NCBI GenBank assembly: GCA_049321355.1
Contig: JBMOPZ010000040.1
Location: 59,410 to 123,409, forward strand
Length of the DNA: 64,000 bases
Direction: 5' to 3'
From: Pseudomonadota bacterium
Lineage (GTDB): Bacteria > Pseudomonadota > Gammaproteobacteria > Burkholderiales > Gallionellaceae
This document shows, piece by piece, positions 39,741 to 49,242 of the stretch (position 1 is the first letter of the stretch; the number at the start of each line of letters is the position of its first letter). A program made the position numbers and the translations under genes. The notes under the pieces were generated by a model. That model saw nothing but the letters and a program-made list of their open reading frames with translations. It made no database searches and had not been told where the DNA came from.

Positions 39741-40235
39741 TTAAGACAGCGGCTGCACCACCACCCCGCGCGACTGCGCCACCTGCCGCACCGCAGCGAC
39801 AAATTGGGCATCATCCCCAAGCGGCGCATCCTGCGCTGCGGGGAAGCGCGCCAGCACCTCGTCGGCAAACGCGCGCAGCGTGGCAACACGCCCGTCATGC
39901 CCTTTGCCCTGCGGCGCGGTCGCCTGAAAATACACCATGCCGTTACGCCGCGTAATCGCCAGCAAATAACAATCGTCGCCGTGCGCCGTCACCTGCCTGT
40001 CGCGCACCTCGAAATAAACACTGGCCGTATTCTGTCCCGCATCCCCCGCCTGTCCCAACTGCTGCGCCACCGCCTCGACAAACGGCTGTGCCAGATTAAG
40101 CTGCGGTGCCAGCGTCATGTGATACTGCCCCGGACGCTCAATCACCAAAGGATTCTTCAACGGCTCGGTCTTCCCGGGACGGAAAAAAACCAGATACAAC
40201 ACACACAGGGTAATAATCGTTATCGTCTCAATCAT
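39741..40235 (-). CDS. Hypothetical protein with N-terminal membrane anchor
   Basis: 164 aa; hydrophobic N-terminus MIETITIITLCVLYLVFF. Confidence 0.65.
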   Translation of the reverse strand: MIETITIITLCVLYLVFFRPGKTEPLKNPLVIERPGQYHMTLAPQLNLAQPFVEAVAQQLGQAGDAGQNTASVYFEVRDRQVTAHGDDCYLLAITRRNGMVYFQATAPQGKGHDGRVATLRAFADEVLARFPAAQDAPLGDDAQFVAAVRQVAQSRGVVVQPLS

Positions 40236-40275
40236 ATCTCGCTCACATCACGTTACAGGTTAGGATTCAGCCAAC

Positions 40276-40312
40276 GCAGGGCGCAATAACCAACTGGCAT
40301 TGCGCCGGATGG
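40276..40312. repeat. REP-like repeat related to the copy at 28-64
   Basis: AGGGCGCAAT...ATTGCGCCGGATG hairpin. Confidence 0.55.
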
Positions 40313-40562
40313 GTATGTTGTGCACCTTACGCGGGTTGCATTCAGCGATATGTGTCTTGAGCAAGTTGATTTACGAGCTGCGATGCTAGGGCTTATTTTG
40401 CCGGGTTACCACCAACCACACACACAAAGTCATCTCGAACAATCTTTCCCCGAGGTGTCACGCGCCAGAAACTCCTTCTCTCGTCACATAGCAGCTCGAA
40501 GCCGGAGACTACGAAGTGATGCAGGAACCCCAACCGCAACACTCTTCGTCAATTCAAAAAAC

Positions 40563-41816
40563 TCAGAGGATCATTCCCGCCGCGACGGTATTGTTGCTTG
40601 CTTCGTCAATCACGATGAAACTGCCGGTGGCGCGGTCGGTGGTGTAGCTGTCAACCACCAGCGGCAGTTGGGTTTTGAGCGACACTTTTGCGATGTCATT
40701 CATTGCCATGGTTTCCGCCGGATGCTGTTCCAGGGTGTTCACGTCCACCCGGAAGTCAATGCTGGAGAACAGGCACTTCGCCACGCGCGTGGTGTGCTTG
40801 ACCAGATATTTGCGATTTTTGTCCAGCGGCGATTCCGACAGCCAGCACAGCATGGCGCGATGTTCTTTTTCCACTTTGGGCGGATTGCTGCTGCTCTTCA
40901 CAAACATATCGCCGCGCGAGACGTCGATTTCGTCCGCCAAGGTTAACGTCACCGACTGCGGCGCGAATGCCGATTCCAATTCGCCTTCCAGCGTCACAAT
41001 CTGCTTAATCTTGGTGCTGCGACCGGACGGTTGTATGGTGATTTCATCGCCGACGGATACTTCGCCCGCTTCGATGCGCCCCATGAAGCCGCGAAAATCG
41101 TGATGCTCGTCGGTCTGCGGACGGCATACCCACTGCACCGGGAAACGGAAGTCCCGGGTGTTCACGTCGTGATCGATTCCGATGGTCTCCAGCTTTTCCA
41201 TCAGCGTGGCACCCTGATACCAATCCAACTGTTCACCGCGCTCCACCACCATGTCGCCTTTCAGCGCAGACAGGGGAATGCAGGTGATGTCGTACATATG
41301 AAGTTGCGCGGCAAATTTGCGGTATTCGGCGCAGATGGTGTCGAATACTTCTTTCGAGTAATCCACCATGTCCATTTTGTTCACCGCCAACACGATGTGC
41401 GGCACGCCGACCAGGCTGGCGAGATAGGTGTGGCGGCGCGTCTGGGTCAACACGCCTTTGCGCGCGTCAATCAGGATGACGGCGAGGTTGGCGGTGGAAG
41501 CCGCCGTCACCATGTTGCGCGTGTATTGCTCGTGACCCGGCGTGTCGCCGATGATGAACTTGCGCTTGGGCGTGGCGAAATAACGGTAGGCGACGTCGAT
41601 GGTAATGCCTTGCTCGCGCTCGGCCTGCAAGCCGTCCGTCAGCAAAGACAAGTCAACCGTAGTCATCCCGCGCTTCTCACTGGTCTTGCTGATGGCGGAG
41701 AATTGATCCTCGAAGATGGATTTCGAGTCGTGCAGCAGGCGACCGATCAAGGTGCTCTTGCCGTCGTCCACGCTGCCGGCGGTGATGAAACGTAATAGTT
41801 GTGTGTTGGTGTTCAT
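40563..41816 (-). CDS. cysN: Sulfate adenylyltransferase subunit 1
   Basis: GSVDDGKST, EREQGITID, DTPGH, NKMD; no fused APS kinase domain; ATG at 41816. Confidence 0.95.
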   Translation of the reverse strand: MNTNTQLLRFITAGSVDDGKSTLIGRLLHDSKSIFEDQFSAISKTSEKRGMTTVDLSLLTDGLQAEREQGITIDVAYRYFATPKRKFIIGDTPGHEQYTRNMVTAASTANLAVILIDARKGVLTQTRRHTYLASLVGVPHIVLAVNKMDMVDYSKEVFDTICAEYRKFAAQLHMYDITCIPLSALKGDMVVERGEQLDWYQGATLMEKLETIGIDHDVNTRDFRFPVQWVCRPQTDEHHDFRGFMGRIEAGEVSVGDEITIQPSGRSTKIKQIVTLEGELESAFAPQSVTLTLADEIDVSRGDMFVKSSSNPPKVEKEHRAMLCWLSESPLDKNRKYLVKHTTRVAKCLFSSIDFRVDVNTLEQHPAETMAMNDIAKVSLKTQLPLVVDSYTTDRATGSFIVIDEASNNTVAAGMIL

Positions 41817-41842
41817 GTTTAATACCTCTAAAGTTTCTTGTT

Positions 41843-41920
41843 CCACGCGGAGGCGCGGAGGTCACGGAGAAGACCTTTATATGTGCTGTTGATCTCCGCG
41901 TGCCCCGCGTTCCCGCGTGA
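41843..41920. repeat. GC-rich imperfect palindromic repeat between cysD and cysN
   Basis: CACGCGGAGGCGCGGAGGTCACGGAGA and TCTCCGCGTGCCCCGCGTTCCCGCGTG arms around an AT-rich loop. Confidence 0.65.
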
Positions 41921-41927
41921 GCAATTT

Positions 41928-42833
41928 TCAGAAATAGCCTTCTTTTTTGCGCAGCTCCATCGACGCCTCCGATGTCTGGTCGTCCATGCGCGTCGCGCCG
42001 CGTTCGGTGATGCGCGTCACCGCCGTCTCCGCAATAATTTCCAGCGCATTACTGGCGGTGGATTCCACCGGTGCGGTACAGGTCATGTCGCCCACGGTGC
42101 GGAAGCGCACTGACACCACCTCCACTTTCTCGCCCGCTTTGGGCTGTACCAGATGCGATACCGGGATGACGTTGCCGCCGCGACGAATCACCTCGCGCCG
42201 GTGGGCGTAATAGATTTCCGGGATGTACAGATTTTCGCGGCTGATGTATTCCCAAATGTCGGTCTCGGTCCAGTTTGAAATCGGGAACACGCGAATGTTT
42301 TCGCCGTTATGCACGCGGGTGTTATAGATGTCCCACAATTCGGGGCGTTGATTCTTCGGATCCCACTGGCCAAATTCGTCGCGGAACGAGAAGATGCGTT
42401 CTTTGGCGCGCGCCTTTTCTTCATCACGGCGCGCACCGCCCATGCAGGCATCAAAGCCGAATTCGGCGATGGTTTCCAGCAGGGTCACCGACTGGTAGGG
42501 GTTGCGCGGCAAGTCCGGGTCTTTAATCACTATCGTGCCGCGCTTGATGGAGTCTTCCAGGGAACGCACGATCAATCGCTCGCCCAAATCTGCGGCGAGT
42601 TTGTCGCGGGTGGCAATCACTTCGGGGAAGTTGTGCTCGGTGTCGATATGCACCAGCGGGAAGGGAAACTTCGCCGGGCGGAACGCCTTTTCAGCAATGC
42701 GTAACATCACGATGGAATCCTTGCCGCCGGAAAACAGCAACGCCGGATTTTTACACTCCGCCGCGACTTCGCGCATGATGTGGATAGATTCGCTTTCCAA
42801 CGCGTCCAGATGGGTAAATGTATGTGTGCTCAT
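41928..42833 (-). CDS. cysD: Sulfate adenylyltransferase subunit 2
   Basis: LFSGGKDS, GGARRDEEKARAKER, MELRKKEGYF; ATG at 42833. Confidence 0.96.
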   Translation of the reverse strand: MSTHTFTHLDALESESIHIMREVAAECKNPALLFSGGKDSIVMLRIAEKAFRPAKFPFPLVHIDTEHNFPEVIATRDKLAADLGERLIVRSLEDSIKRGTIVIKDPDLPRNPYQSVTLLETIAEFGFDACMGGARRDEEKARAKERIFSFRDEFGQWDPKNQRPELWDIYNTRVHNGENIRVFPISNWTETDIWEYISRENLYIPEIYYAHRREVIRRGGNVIPVSHLVQPKAGEKVEVVSVRFRTVGDMTCTAPVESTASNALEIIAETAVTRITERGATRMDDQTSEASMELRKKEGYF

Positions 42834-42870
42834 TTCCTTAACTTCCTGTTCAATCAAATTGCTTCAGTGG

Positions 42871-43557
42871 TCATGCCTTGCCTACATGCAAACCACACTC
42901 TTTATTTTCAGGTTGTTCCCACCACCACCGCCCCGAGCGAATATCCTCACCCGGCGTAACCGGACGGGTGCAGGGCGCGCAGCCGATGCTGGGATAAAAA
43001 CGGTCATGCAATTTATTGTATGGCACGTCATTTTGCCTGAGGTATTCCCATATCTCGGCATTTGTCCAGTCCAGCAGCGGGTTGATCTTTTGCAGACCGT
43101 TCTCGGCATCAAATGACGATACCTGCAAACTTCCCCGCGTCACCGCCTGATCGTGACGCATCCCGGTAATCCATGCTTGCTTGCCCTGTAACGCGCGCTT
43201 CAGCGGTTCGACCTTGCGCACATGGCAGCATGCCTTGCGGTTTTCCACGCTGTCGTAAAAACCGTTCACGCCGATACGCGCGACCAGCGCCTCCACTTGC
43301 GCCGCATCGGGAAAATAAATTTTCAACGGCACGCTGTAGCGCGCGCGCACTTCCTGCATCAGGTCGTAGGTTTCCTGCGGCAACCGTCCGGTATCGAGAC
43401 TGAACATCCCGATAGACGGTTGATGTTTGGCAATCAGGTCGGTCAACACCATGTCTTCCGCGCCCAGGCTATTGGCGAAGCTGACCGGAGAAAAGTCGTC
43501 CGCCGCCTGTTGCAGCACGGCTATCGTCTGCGCCAATTTTTGTTGCGGAGTCGTCAC
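42871..43557 (-). CDS. cysH: APS reductase (Fe-S type CysH)
   Basis: CCHVRKVEP and SIGCAPCT cluster ligands, ECGLH C-terminus; no cysC in the cluster. Confidence 0.9.
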   Translation of the reverse strand: MTTPQQKLAQTIAVLQQAADDFSPVSFANSLGAEDMVLTDLIAKHQPSIGMFSLDTGRLPQETYDLMQEVRARYSVPLKIYFPDAAQVEALVARIGVNGFYDSVENRKACCHVRKVEPLKRALQGKQAWITGMRHDQAVTRGSLQVSSFDAENGLQKINPLLDWTNAEIWEYLRQNDVPYNKLHDRFYPSIGCAPCTRPVTPGEDIRSGRWWWEQPENKECGLHVGKA

Positions 43558-44066
43558 GCGACACCTCCGCGCGACACGCGGCGAAACAGCGGCTGCGCCT
43601 CGTCCGCCGAAGCTTGGTAAGTCACTGAAAAATCGCTCAACCCTTTCAGAACATCGTCGGGGTTTTTATCCGCGCGCGGCACAAAGGCATCAAAACCAAC
43701 GCGCTGCATGTAGAAAATCTGGTCGCGCAGCACATCGCCAATCGCGCGCAATTCGCCCTGATAACCAAAGCGGGTGCGCAAATGGTAGGCAATCGAATAA
43801 CCGCGCCCATCGGCGAATCTTGGAAAATCCACGGCAATCACGGCAAATTTATCCAGATCGGCTTGCAGGTCTTCGGCGCGCTGATCGCTCGCCAGCCACA
43901 CGCCCAGTTCGGCGCGCTGTTGCAACACGGCGCGTTGCGCCTGCCATACCGACAACGGCACGATGACCTTGCCGGCGGGAATCTCGACCTTGTCCGCCGT
44001 GTCGCTATCACACGGACGCAGCACACTCCAGTCATCGCTCACTACGGTTTTATTTTTGATAATCAC
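43554..44066 (-). CDS. DUF934 family protein
   Basis: FPRFADGRGYSIA..LR.RFGYQGELRAIGDVLRDQ; position after sulfite reductase. Confidence 0.9.
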   Translation of the reverse strand: MIIKNKTVVSDDWSVLRPCDSDTADKVEIPAGKVIVPLSVWQAQRAVLQQRAELGVWLASDQRAEDLQADLDKFAVIAVDFPRFADGRGYSIAYHLRTRFGYQGELRAIGDVLRDQIFYMQRVGFDAFVPRADKNPDDVLKGLSDFSVTYQASADEAQPLFRRVSRGGVA

Positions 44067-44067
44067 G

Positions 44068-45813
44068 TTAGAACCTCGGCGAATAATAGGGGGTGTCGTA
44101 AGACATGCCTTTTTTCAGCAAGTCATAGTCCGGTGTCAGCAAATTTTCATCCTCGGGCACGTCCGTCGCATACACAAACTCCTTGAAAGGCTCGTGTCCG
44201 ATGCGGCGCACGGTGTCGATGAAACGCTCGCCCTCATCGCGCTCACGCACATACACGTGCAGCAAGCGGCCAATCACTTCGGGGATTTGCGCGAACGAGA
44301 ACGCGCGCCCGATGACTTTGCCCAGACTGGCATCATTGCCCTGCGCGCCGCCTATCGACACCTGATTCCACTCGGTGCCGTCCTTGTCCACACCGAGAAT
44401 ACCGATGTGACCGACGTGATGATGCCCGCAGGCATTCATGCAGCCGGACATATTCAACTCAATCTCGCCGATGTCATGCTGAAAATCAATGCTGTCGAAA
44501 CGCTCCGCAATCGCCTTCGCCAGCGGAATGGATCGGGCGTTTGCCAGCGTGCAGAAATCTCCGCCCGGACAGCAAATAATATCCGTCAGCAGCCCGATGT
44601 TGGGCGTGGCAAAGCCTTGTGCTTTGGCGGATTCCCACAAGGCAATCAAGTCGGACTGCCGGACATCCGCCAGCACCAGATTCTGCATGTGGGTCACGCG
44701 CAGCTCGCCAAAACTGTATTGCTCCGCAAGTTGCGCCGCCGCGTCCATCTGTGCGGAAGTTGCATCGCCGGGCGCAATCCCGGTTTTTTTCAGCGACAGC
44801 ACCACCGCCGCATAACCGGGAACTTTGTGCGGCTTGACGTTGCGTTGCAGCCAATTGGCAAACGCCTTGTTATCGCGCTGCAAGGCTGCAACCGCCGCAT
44901 CGTGTTCCGGCAGTTGTTCGTAGGCGGGCGCGGTGAAGCACGCGGCGACACGCTGCAACTCGGCTTCCGTAACGGTGCAGGGGCCATCTTGGGTGAACTG
45001 CCAATCGGCCTCCACTTGACGCTTGAATTCCTTGATGCCGACGGCTTTCACCAATATCTTGATGCGTGCCTTGTACATATTGTCGCGGCGACCGTACTCG
45101 TTATAGACGCGCACGATGGACTCCAGATAACTGATGACGTGTTGCCAGGGCACAAAGTCGCAAATTTCCACGCCGATAATCGGTGTGCGCCCCAGCCCGC
45201 CGCCCACCAATACGCGGAACCCCACTTCACCGTGGGCATTTTTCACCGCTTGCAGCCCGATGTCATGCACCGCAATCGCGGCACGATCCGCCGCCGCACC
45301 GGTCATGGAAATTTTGAACTTGCGCGGCAGGTAGGCAAACTCGGGGTGGAAGGTGCTCCATTGCCGCAATATCTCGGCGTAAGGACGCGGATCAACCACC
45401 TCGTCACGCGCCACACCGGCGAATTCGTCACAGGTGATATTGCGGATGCAGTTGCCCGAAGTCTGATTGGCATGCATCTCCACGGTCGCAAGATCCGCGA
45501 GGATATCCGGCGCGTCCTGCAATTTGAGCCAGTTGAACTGGATGTTCTGGCGCGTGGTGAAATGGCCGTAATCGCGGTCATAGTTGCGCGCGATATGCGC
45601 GAACATGCGCATCTGCGCGGCACTCACCAAACCGTAAGGCACGGCAATGCGCAGCATATAGGCATGAATCTGCATGTACAGGCCGTTTTGCAGCCGCAAA
45701 ATACGAAACTCGTCTTCGCTCAACTCGCCCGACAAGCGGCGACGCACCTGGTCGCGGAACTGCGCGACGCGCTCGGCGGTGATTTGGTGATCGAATTGAT
45801 CGTAGCGATACAT
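44068..45813 (-). CDS. cysI: Sulfite reductase hemoprotein (nitrite/sulfite reductase family)
   Basis: HFTTRQNIQ, YLPRKFKI, ICCPGGDFC and SGCMNACGHHH siroheme/Fe-S ligands. Confidence 0.93.
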   Translation of the reverse strand: MYRYDQFDHQITAERVAQFRDQVRRRLSGELSEDEFRILRLQNGLYMQIHAYMLRIAVPYGLVSAAQMRMFAHIARNYDRDYGHFTTRQNIQFNWLKLQDAPDILADLATVEMHANQTSGNCIRNITCDEFAGVARDEVVDPRPYAEILRQWSTFHPEFAYLPRKFKISMTGAAADRAAIAVHDIGLQAVKNAHGEVGFRVLVGGGLGRTPIIGVEICDFVPWQHVISYLESIVRVYNEYGRRDNMYKARIKILVKAVGIKEFKRQVEADWQFTQDGPCTVTEAELQRVAACFTAPAYEQLPEHDAAVAALQRDNKAFANWLQRNVKPHKVPGYAAVVLSLKKTGIAPGDATSAQMDAAAQLAEQYSFGELRVTHMQNLVLADVRQSDLIALWESAKAQGFATPNIGLLTDIICCPGGDFCTLANARSIPLAKAIAERFDSIDFQHDIGEIELNMSGCMNACGHHHVGHIGILGVDKDGTEWNQVSIGGAQGNDASLGKVIGRAFSFAQIPEVIGRLLHVYVRERDEGERFIDTVRRIGHEPFKEFVYATDVPEDENLLTPDYDLLKKGMSYDTPYYSPRF

Positions 45814-46044
45814 TTAACTTTCCCCGTTCGGATATTGCCTGGACACCGGCAGCAACAACGCCGCCTCCAGCGGAAATTTCGCGCCATAGGCCAGTATGTG
45901 CGCGACATCGTCATCCTCGTCGTGGCGCAAAGCCATGCCGATATAGGCATGTTCGCCACTTTGGCCAACCACCACGCCGATACGCCCGCCGCAACCGTTA
46001 AACCAACTGACCTGCTTGGGTTTATTGGGCTTATTGGTACTCAT
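45814..46044 (-). CDS. Small hypothetical protein in the cys operon
   Basis: 76 aa; its TAA directly abuts the cysI ATG; RBS AAGGAAGAG upstream. Confidence 0.7.
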   Translation of the reverse strand: MSTNKPNKPKQVSWFNGCGGRIGVVVGQSGEHAYIGMALRHDEDDDVAHILAYGAKFPLEAALLLPVSRQYPNGES

Positions 46045-46054
46045 AACTCTTCCT

Positions 46055-46840
46055 TTATTTATAAAACAGCATCTTCAAGCCGATGATAAGCAGCATGATT
46101 GCCAATATCCTGCGCAACAGTTTTTCAGGCACTTTAACGCCCAAGTGGCTGCCGATATAAATGCCGGGCAATGAACCCAACAGCAAACTGCCCAGCAGCA
46201 CCAAATCCACCGTCCCCAACGCGAGATGTCCCATTCCCGCCACCGCAGTGAGCGGAACTGCATGCACGATGTCGGTACCAACCACCTTGACAGCGGGCAT
46301 ACGCGGGTACAAAAACAAAATAACCACCGTGCCCAGCACTCCCGCACCAATCGAAGAAACCGTCACCAGCGACCCGACCGCCGCGCCCGTTGCAATGGTT
46401 GCCGCAGGCAGATAACGGTGGTGCAACTGATAAATTGTCCCGTCCCTGCGCCGCGCCAATTTTTTGATGGCATCCTTGAACAGCAGCACCGTGGCGGTTG
46501 CCAGCAACGCCACGCTGAGCACGCTGGTCACCACACTGCGCAATGTCGCCTCTTCCAGTGCCAGAAATTTCAACAATGAAATCGTCACCACCGCCGCAGG
46601 CAAGCTGCCCATCGCCAGCAAACCGAACACTTTCCAATCGACTGTGCCGCGCCGACCGTGTACCCAGCCGCCCACCGTCTTGGTCAGCGAGGCATAAAGT
46701 AAATCCGTACCCACGGCTGTTGCCGGAGAAACACCGAAGAACAACACCAGCAGCGGTGTCATCAGCGAACCGCCACCGACACCTGTCACCCCGACGATTA
46801 AACCGACCAAAAATCCCGACAGGGTGTACAACCAGTCCAC
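46055..46840 (-). CDS. TauE/SafE (CysZ-like) anion permease
   Basis: GVTGVGGGSLMTPLL, AVGTDL, VVGTDIVHAVPL; GTG start at 46840 after AAGGAG. Confidence 0.88.
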   Translation of the reverse strand: MDWLYTLSGFLVGLIVGVTGVGGGSLMTPLLVLFFGVSPATAVGTDLLYASLTKTVGGWVHGRRGTVDWKVFGLLAMGSLPAAVVTISLLKFLALEEATLRSVVTSVLSVALLATATVLLFKDAIKKLARRRDGTIYQLHHRYLPAATIATGAAVGSLVTVSSIGAGVLGTVVILFLYPRMPAVKVVGTDIVHAVPLTAVAGMGHLALGTVDLVLLGSLLLGSLPGIYIGSHLGVKVPEKLLRRILAIMLLIIGLKMLFYK

Positions 46841-46941
46841 AAATAGCTCCTTCAAAGAGGCGCGCATCTTACCGGACTGGCTTATCTTTTCAAAATGGCG
46901 ATATGTTAGGATGATATAACTGTTCGTTATGAAGCCCCGCC

Positions 46942-47862
46942 ATGAACCTTCAGCAACTACGCTATCTGCACGAGATCGTCAAAAACGACCTGAGCATCTC
47001 CGCCGCCGCACAAGCGCTCTACACCTCGCAACCCGGTATCAGCAAGCAACTCAAGCTGCTGGAAGAAGAATTGGGCATCGACATTTTTGTACGCAACGGC
47101 AAGCGTCTTGCCGCACTCACCGATCCCGGCAAAGCCATCCTCGAAGTTGCCGAGCGCATGTTGCTGGATGCCGCCAATCTGAAAAAAGTAGGTCAGGAAT
47201 TTCGCGGCAAACGCGAGGGCGAACTGACCATTGCCACCACCCACACCCAAGCGCGCTACGCGTTGCCGCCAGTCATCAAACAATTTATCAAACACTACCC
47301 CGGGGTAAAACTCGGCCTGCATCAGGGCAACCCCACGCAAATCGCCGAACAGGTTTTAAGCGGCGAAGCAGACCTCGGCATCGCCACCGAAAGCTTGGCA
47401 CTATACGACGAACTGGTCACCCTGCCCTGTTACGAATGGCATCACTGTGTAATCGCCCCCGCCAACCACCCGCTACTGCGAGAAAAACGCCTGACACTGA
47501 AAAAACTCGCCGAATACCCGCTCATCACCTACGACTTCGCCTTTACCGGGCGCAATAAAATCAATCAGGCATTCAGCGAAGCGGGCATCGCGCCCAATAT
47601 CGCCCTCACCGCGATTGATGCCGACGTGATCAAGACTTACGTGGAGCTCGGCATGGGCGTTGGCATCGTGGCACAAATGGCGTTTGTGGCGGAGCGCGAC
47701 AAGCATCTGAAAATGCTGGATGCCGGACATTTGTTCGAACCCAGCACCACCCGCATCGCCATCCGCAAGAATCAATACCTGCGCGGCTTTGCCTATCATT
47801 TCATCGAGTTGATTGCACCGCATCTGACGCGCGATGTTGTCAGCCAAACGCTCCATCGCTAG
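46942..47862 (+). CDS. cysB: CysB/Cbl-family LysR regulator
   Basis: MNLQQLRYL, LYTSQPGISKQ, IATTHTQARY, DADVIKTYV; divergent from the cys operon. Confidence 0.93.
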   Translation: MNLQQLRYLHEIVKNDLSISAAAQALYTSQPGISKQLKLLEEELGIDIFVRNGKRLAALTDPGKAILEVAERMLLDAANLKKVGQEFRGKREGELTIATTHTQARYALPPVIKQFIKHYPGVKLGLHQGNPTQIAEQVLSGEADLGIATESLALYDELVTLPCYEWHHCVIAPANHPLLREKRLTLKKLAEYPLITYDFAFTGRNKINQAFSEAGIAPNIALTAIDADVIKTYVELGMGVGIVAQMAFVAERDKHLKMLDAGHLFEPSTTRIAIRKNQYLRGFAYHFIELIAPHLTRDVVSQTLHR

Positions 47863-47892
47863 CAGCCTGCCGAAAGCATCGGGGCTTTACAC

Positions 47893-49233
47893 CTACTCCA
47901 CAAGTTTTTTGCGCACCAAACCAATATGGCTGCGAAGCTCGTACAGGTGACTGGAGAACGCCACCGGCAAGCGCAAGTTATTCACCTTGTTTTCGATGTC
48001 ATCAAGCTCGTTACGAAAACGCGATAAATCGCCCCGCCCGGCATTGCGCAATTGCATCTCCAGAAAGCGCAGCTCGCCATATAACTTATAGATACGCGAT
48101 TTAATCAGCCAGATGTATATCGCCGGAATCAGGCGGCTCAGGGGAATGGCGAGTGCCGCCAGCGGCAACAAAATAATCAGCACGCGATTGACGAAGGTCG
48201 CCGCCCAAAATGGCAGGTAGCGATCCAGAAACGGCGGCCCGGATTCATAAAAATGCGTCGCCTGATCACTCATCTCGAAATCGCTGTCTTTATCGGAAGG
48301 GAACGCCCCAGCCTGCTGCAACATGCCCGCATCGCCATGAACCCGGGAAATAACCTTGAGTACCAGATACACCAGTGCCTGGTGCAGGGACTCGCGCGCC
48401 ACCAAAGTAACCGTGGGTGCCAGCATGTGAATCTCATGCGGGGGAATATTGTGTTCCAGACTCAATGCGCCCTTGGGCAACACCAGATGGTGCAGAAAAT
48501 CGAATTGCCGCGACAACGCCTCGGCTTCGGAAAGGTCTGCCAGTGTCACGCCCGGCATCTCCGCCACCTCCTGTATCAACGGCGTGGTCGGCACACCGGA
48601 CAAAAACGCCACATCCACCAAACCCTCGCGTAGCGCGTGTGCCGCCTCCTCGTCACCGATTTCCAGCAAACTGCTGTTCTCCGCCGTCACCCCCGCCGCA
48701 CCCAGCAACATCTGCGCCAAAATATAACTCCCGCTACCGGCGCGACCCACCGCGATGCGCTTGCCGCGCATTTCCGACACCCCATTCACGGCGGATTGCG
48801 CGCGATGGAATATCCACAACGGTTCGTAATACAGGCTGCCCAAAGAAACCAGCCCGACCGTGGACTCCAAGCGCGCCACCCCGCCCGGCATGAACGCCAT
48901 ATCCACCCCGGCATCCTCCTTGCGCAACGCTTGCAGACTTTGCAACGGCCCCTCGGACTCCCTGATCTCCAGCGTCACCCCATCCTGTTGCAGCAACACA
49001 CCGTACAAGCTGGCATACGCCTGATAGTTACCGTCCTGCTTGCTAATGGAAACGACAATATGCTTGGGCGGCGCGGGATCAATCAGCCAATATCCGCCAA
49101 CCGCGATGAACAACAATGCCGCCAAATACGGCAATGCCGTCTTGAAAGCCTCGCGCGGCAAGGAAACGTGCAAATCCTCCTGCTCGTCTTCGTCATTAGG
49201 TTTATTGGGTTTAGGGGGGGTAACTAACGTCAT
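47893..49233 (-). CDS. Membrane-anchored TAXI-family solute-binding protein
   Basis: N-terminal TM, LGSLYYEPLW, RIAVGRAGSG; C-terminal FLDRYLPFWAA, TM and cytoplasmic helices. Confidence 0.8.
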   Translation of the reverse strand: MTLVTPPKPNKPNDEDEQEDLHVSLPREAFKTALPYLAALLFIAVGGYWLIDPAPPKHIVVSISKQDGNYQAYASLYGVLLQQDGVTLEIRESEGPLQSLQALRKEDAGVDMAFMPGGVARLESTVGLVSLGSLYYEPLWIFHRAQSAVNGVSEMRGKRIAVGRAGSGSYILAQMLLGAAGVTAENSSLLEIGDEEAAHALREGLVDVAFLSGVPTTPLIQEVAEMPGVTLADLSEAEALSRQFDFLHHLVLPKGALSLEHNIPPHEIHMLAPTVTLVARESLHQALVYLVLKVISRVHGDAGMLQQAGAFPSDKDSDFEMSDQATHFYESGPPFLDRYLPFWAATFVNRVLIILLPLAALAIPLSRLIPAIYIWLIKSRIYKLYGELRFLEMQLRNAGRGDLSRFRNELDDIENKVNNLRLPVAFSSHLYELRSHIGLVRKKLVE

Positions 49234-49242
49234 TTGGCAACC

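Noticed and set aside
40320-40560. Coding region or RNA element downstream of cysN
   Set aside because: Translations in the frames checked gave nothing recognisable. The listed 40320-40946 ORF is mostly antisense to cysN, and no convincing structure was seen.
43963-46086. Long antisense ORFs (707 aa here; also 18001-19641 and 61379-62551)
   Set aside because: They are shadows of GC-rich genes on the opposite strand (cysI, actB1, TBDR) and carry no motifs.
46017-49225. Shared KPNKP peptide at the N-termini of the 76-aa protein and the TAXI protein
   Set aside because: Short low-complexity match with no further similarity; likely coincidence.
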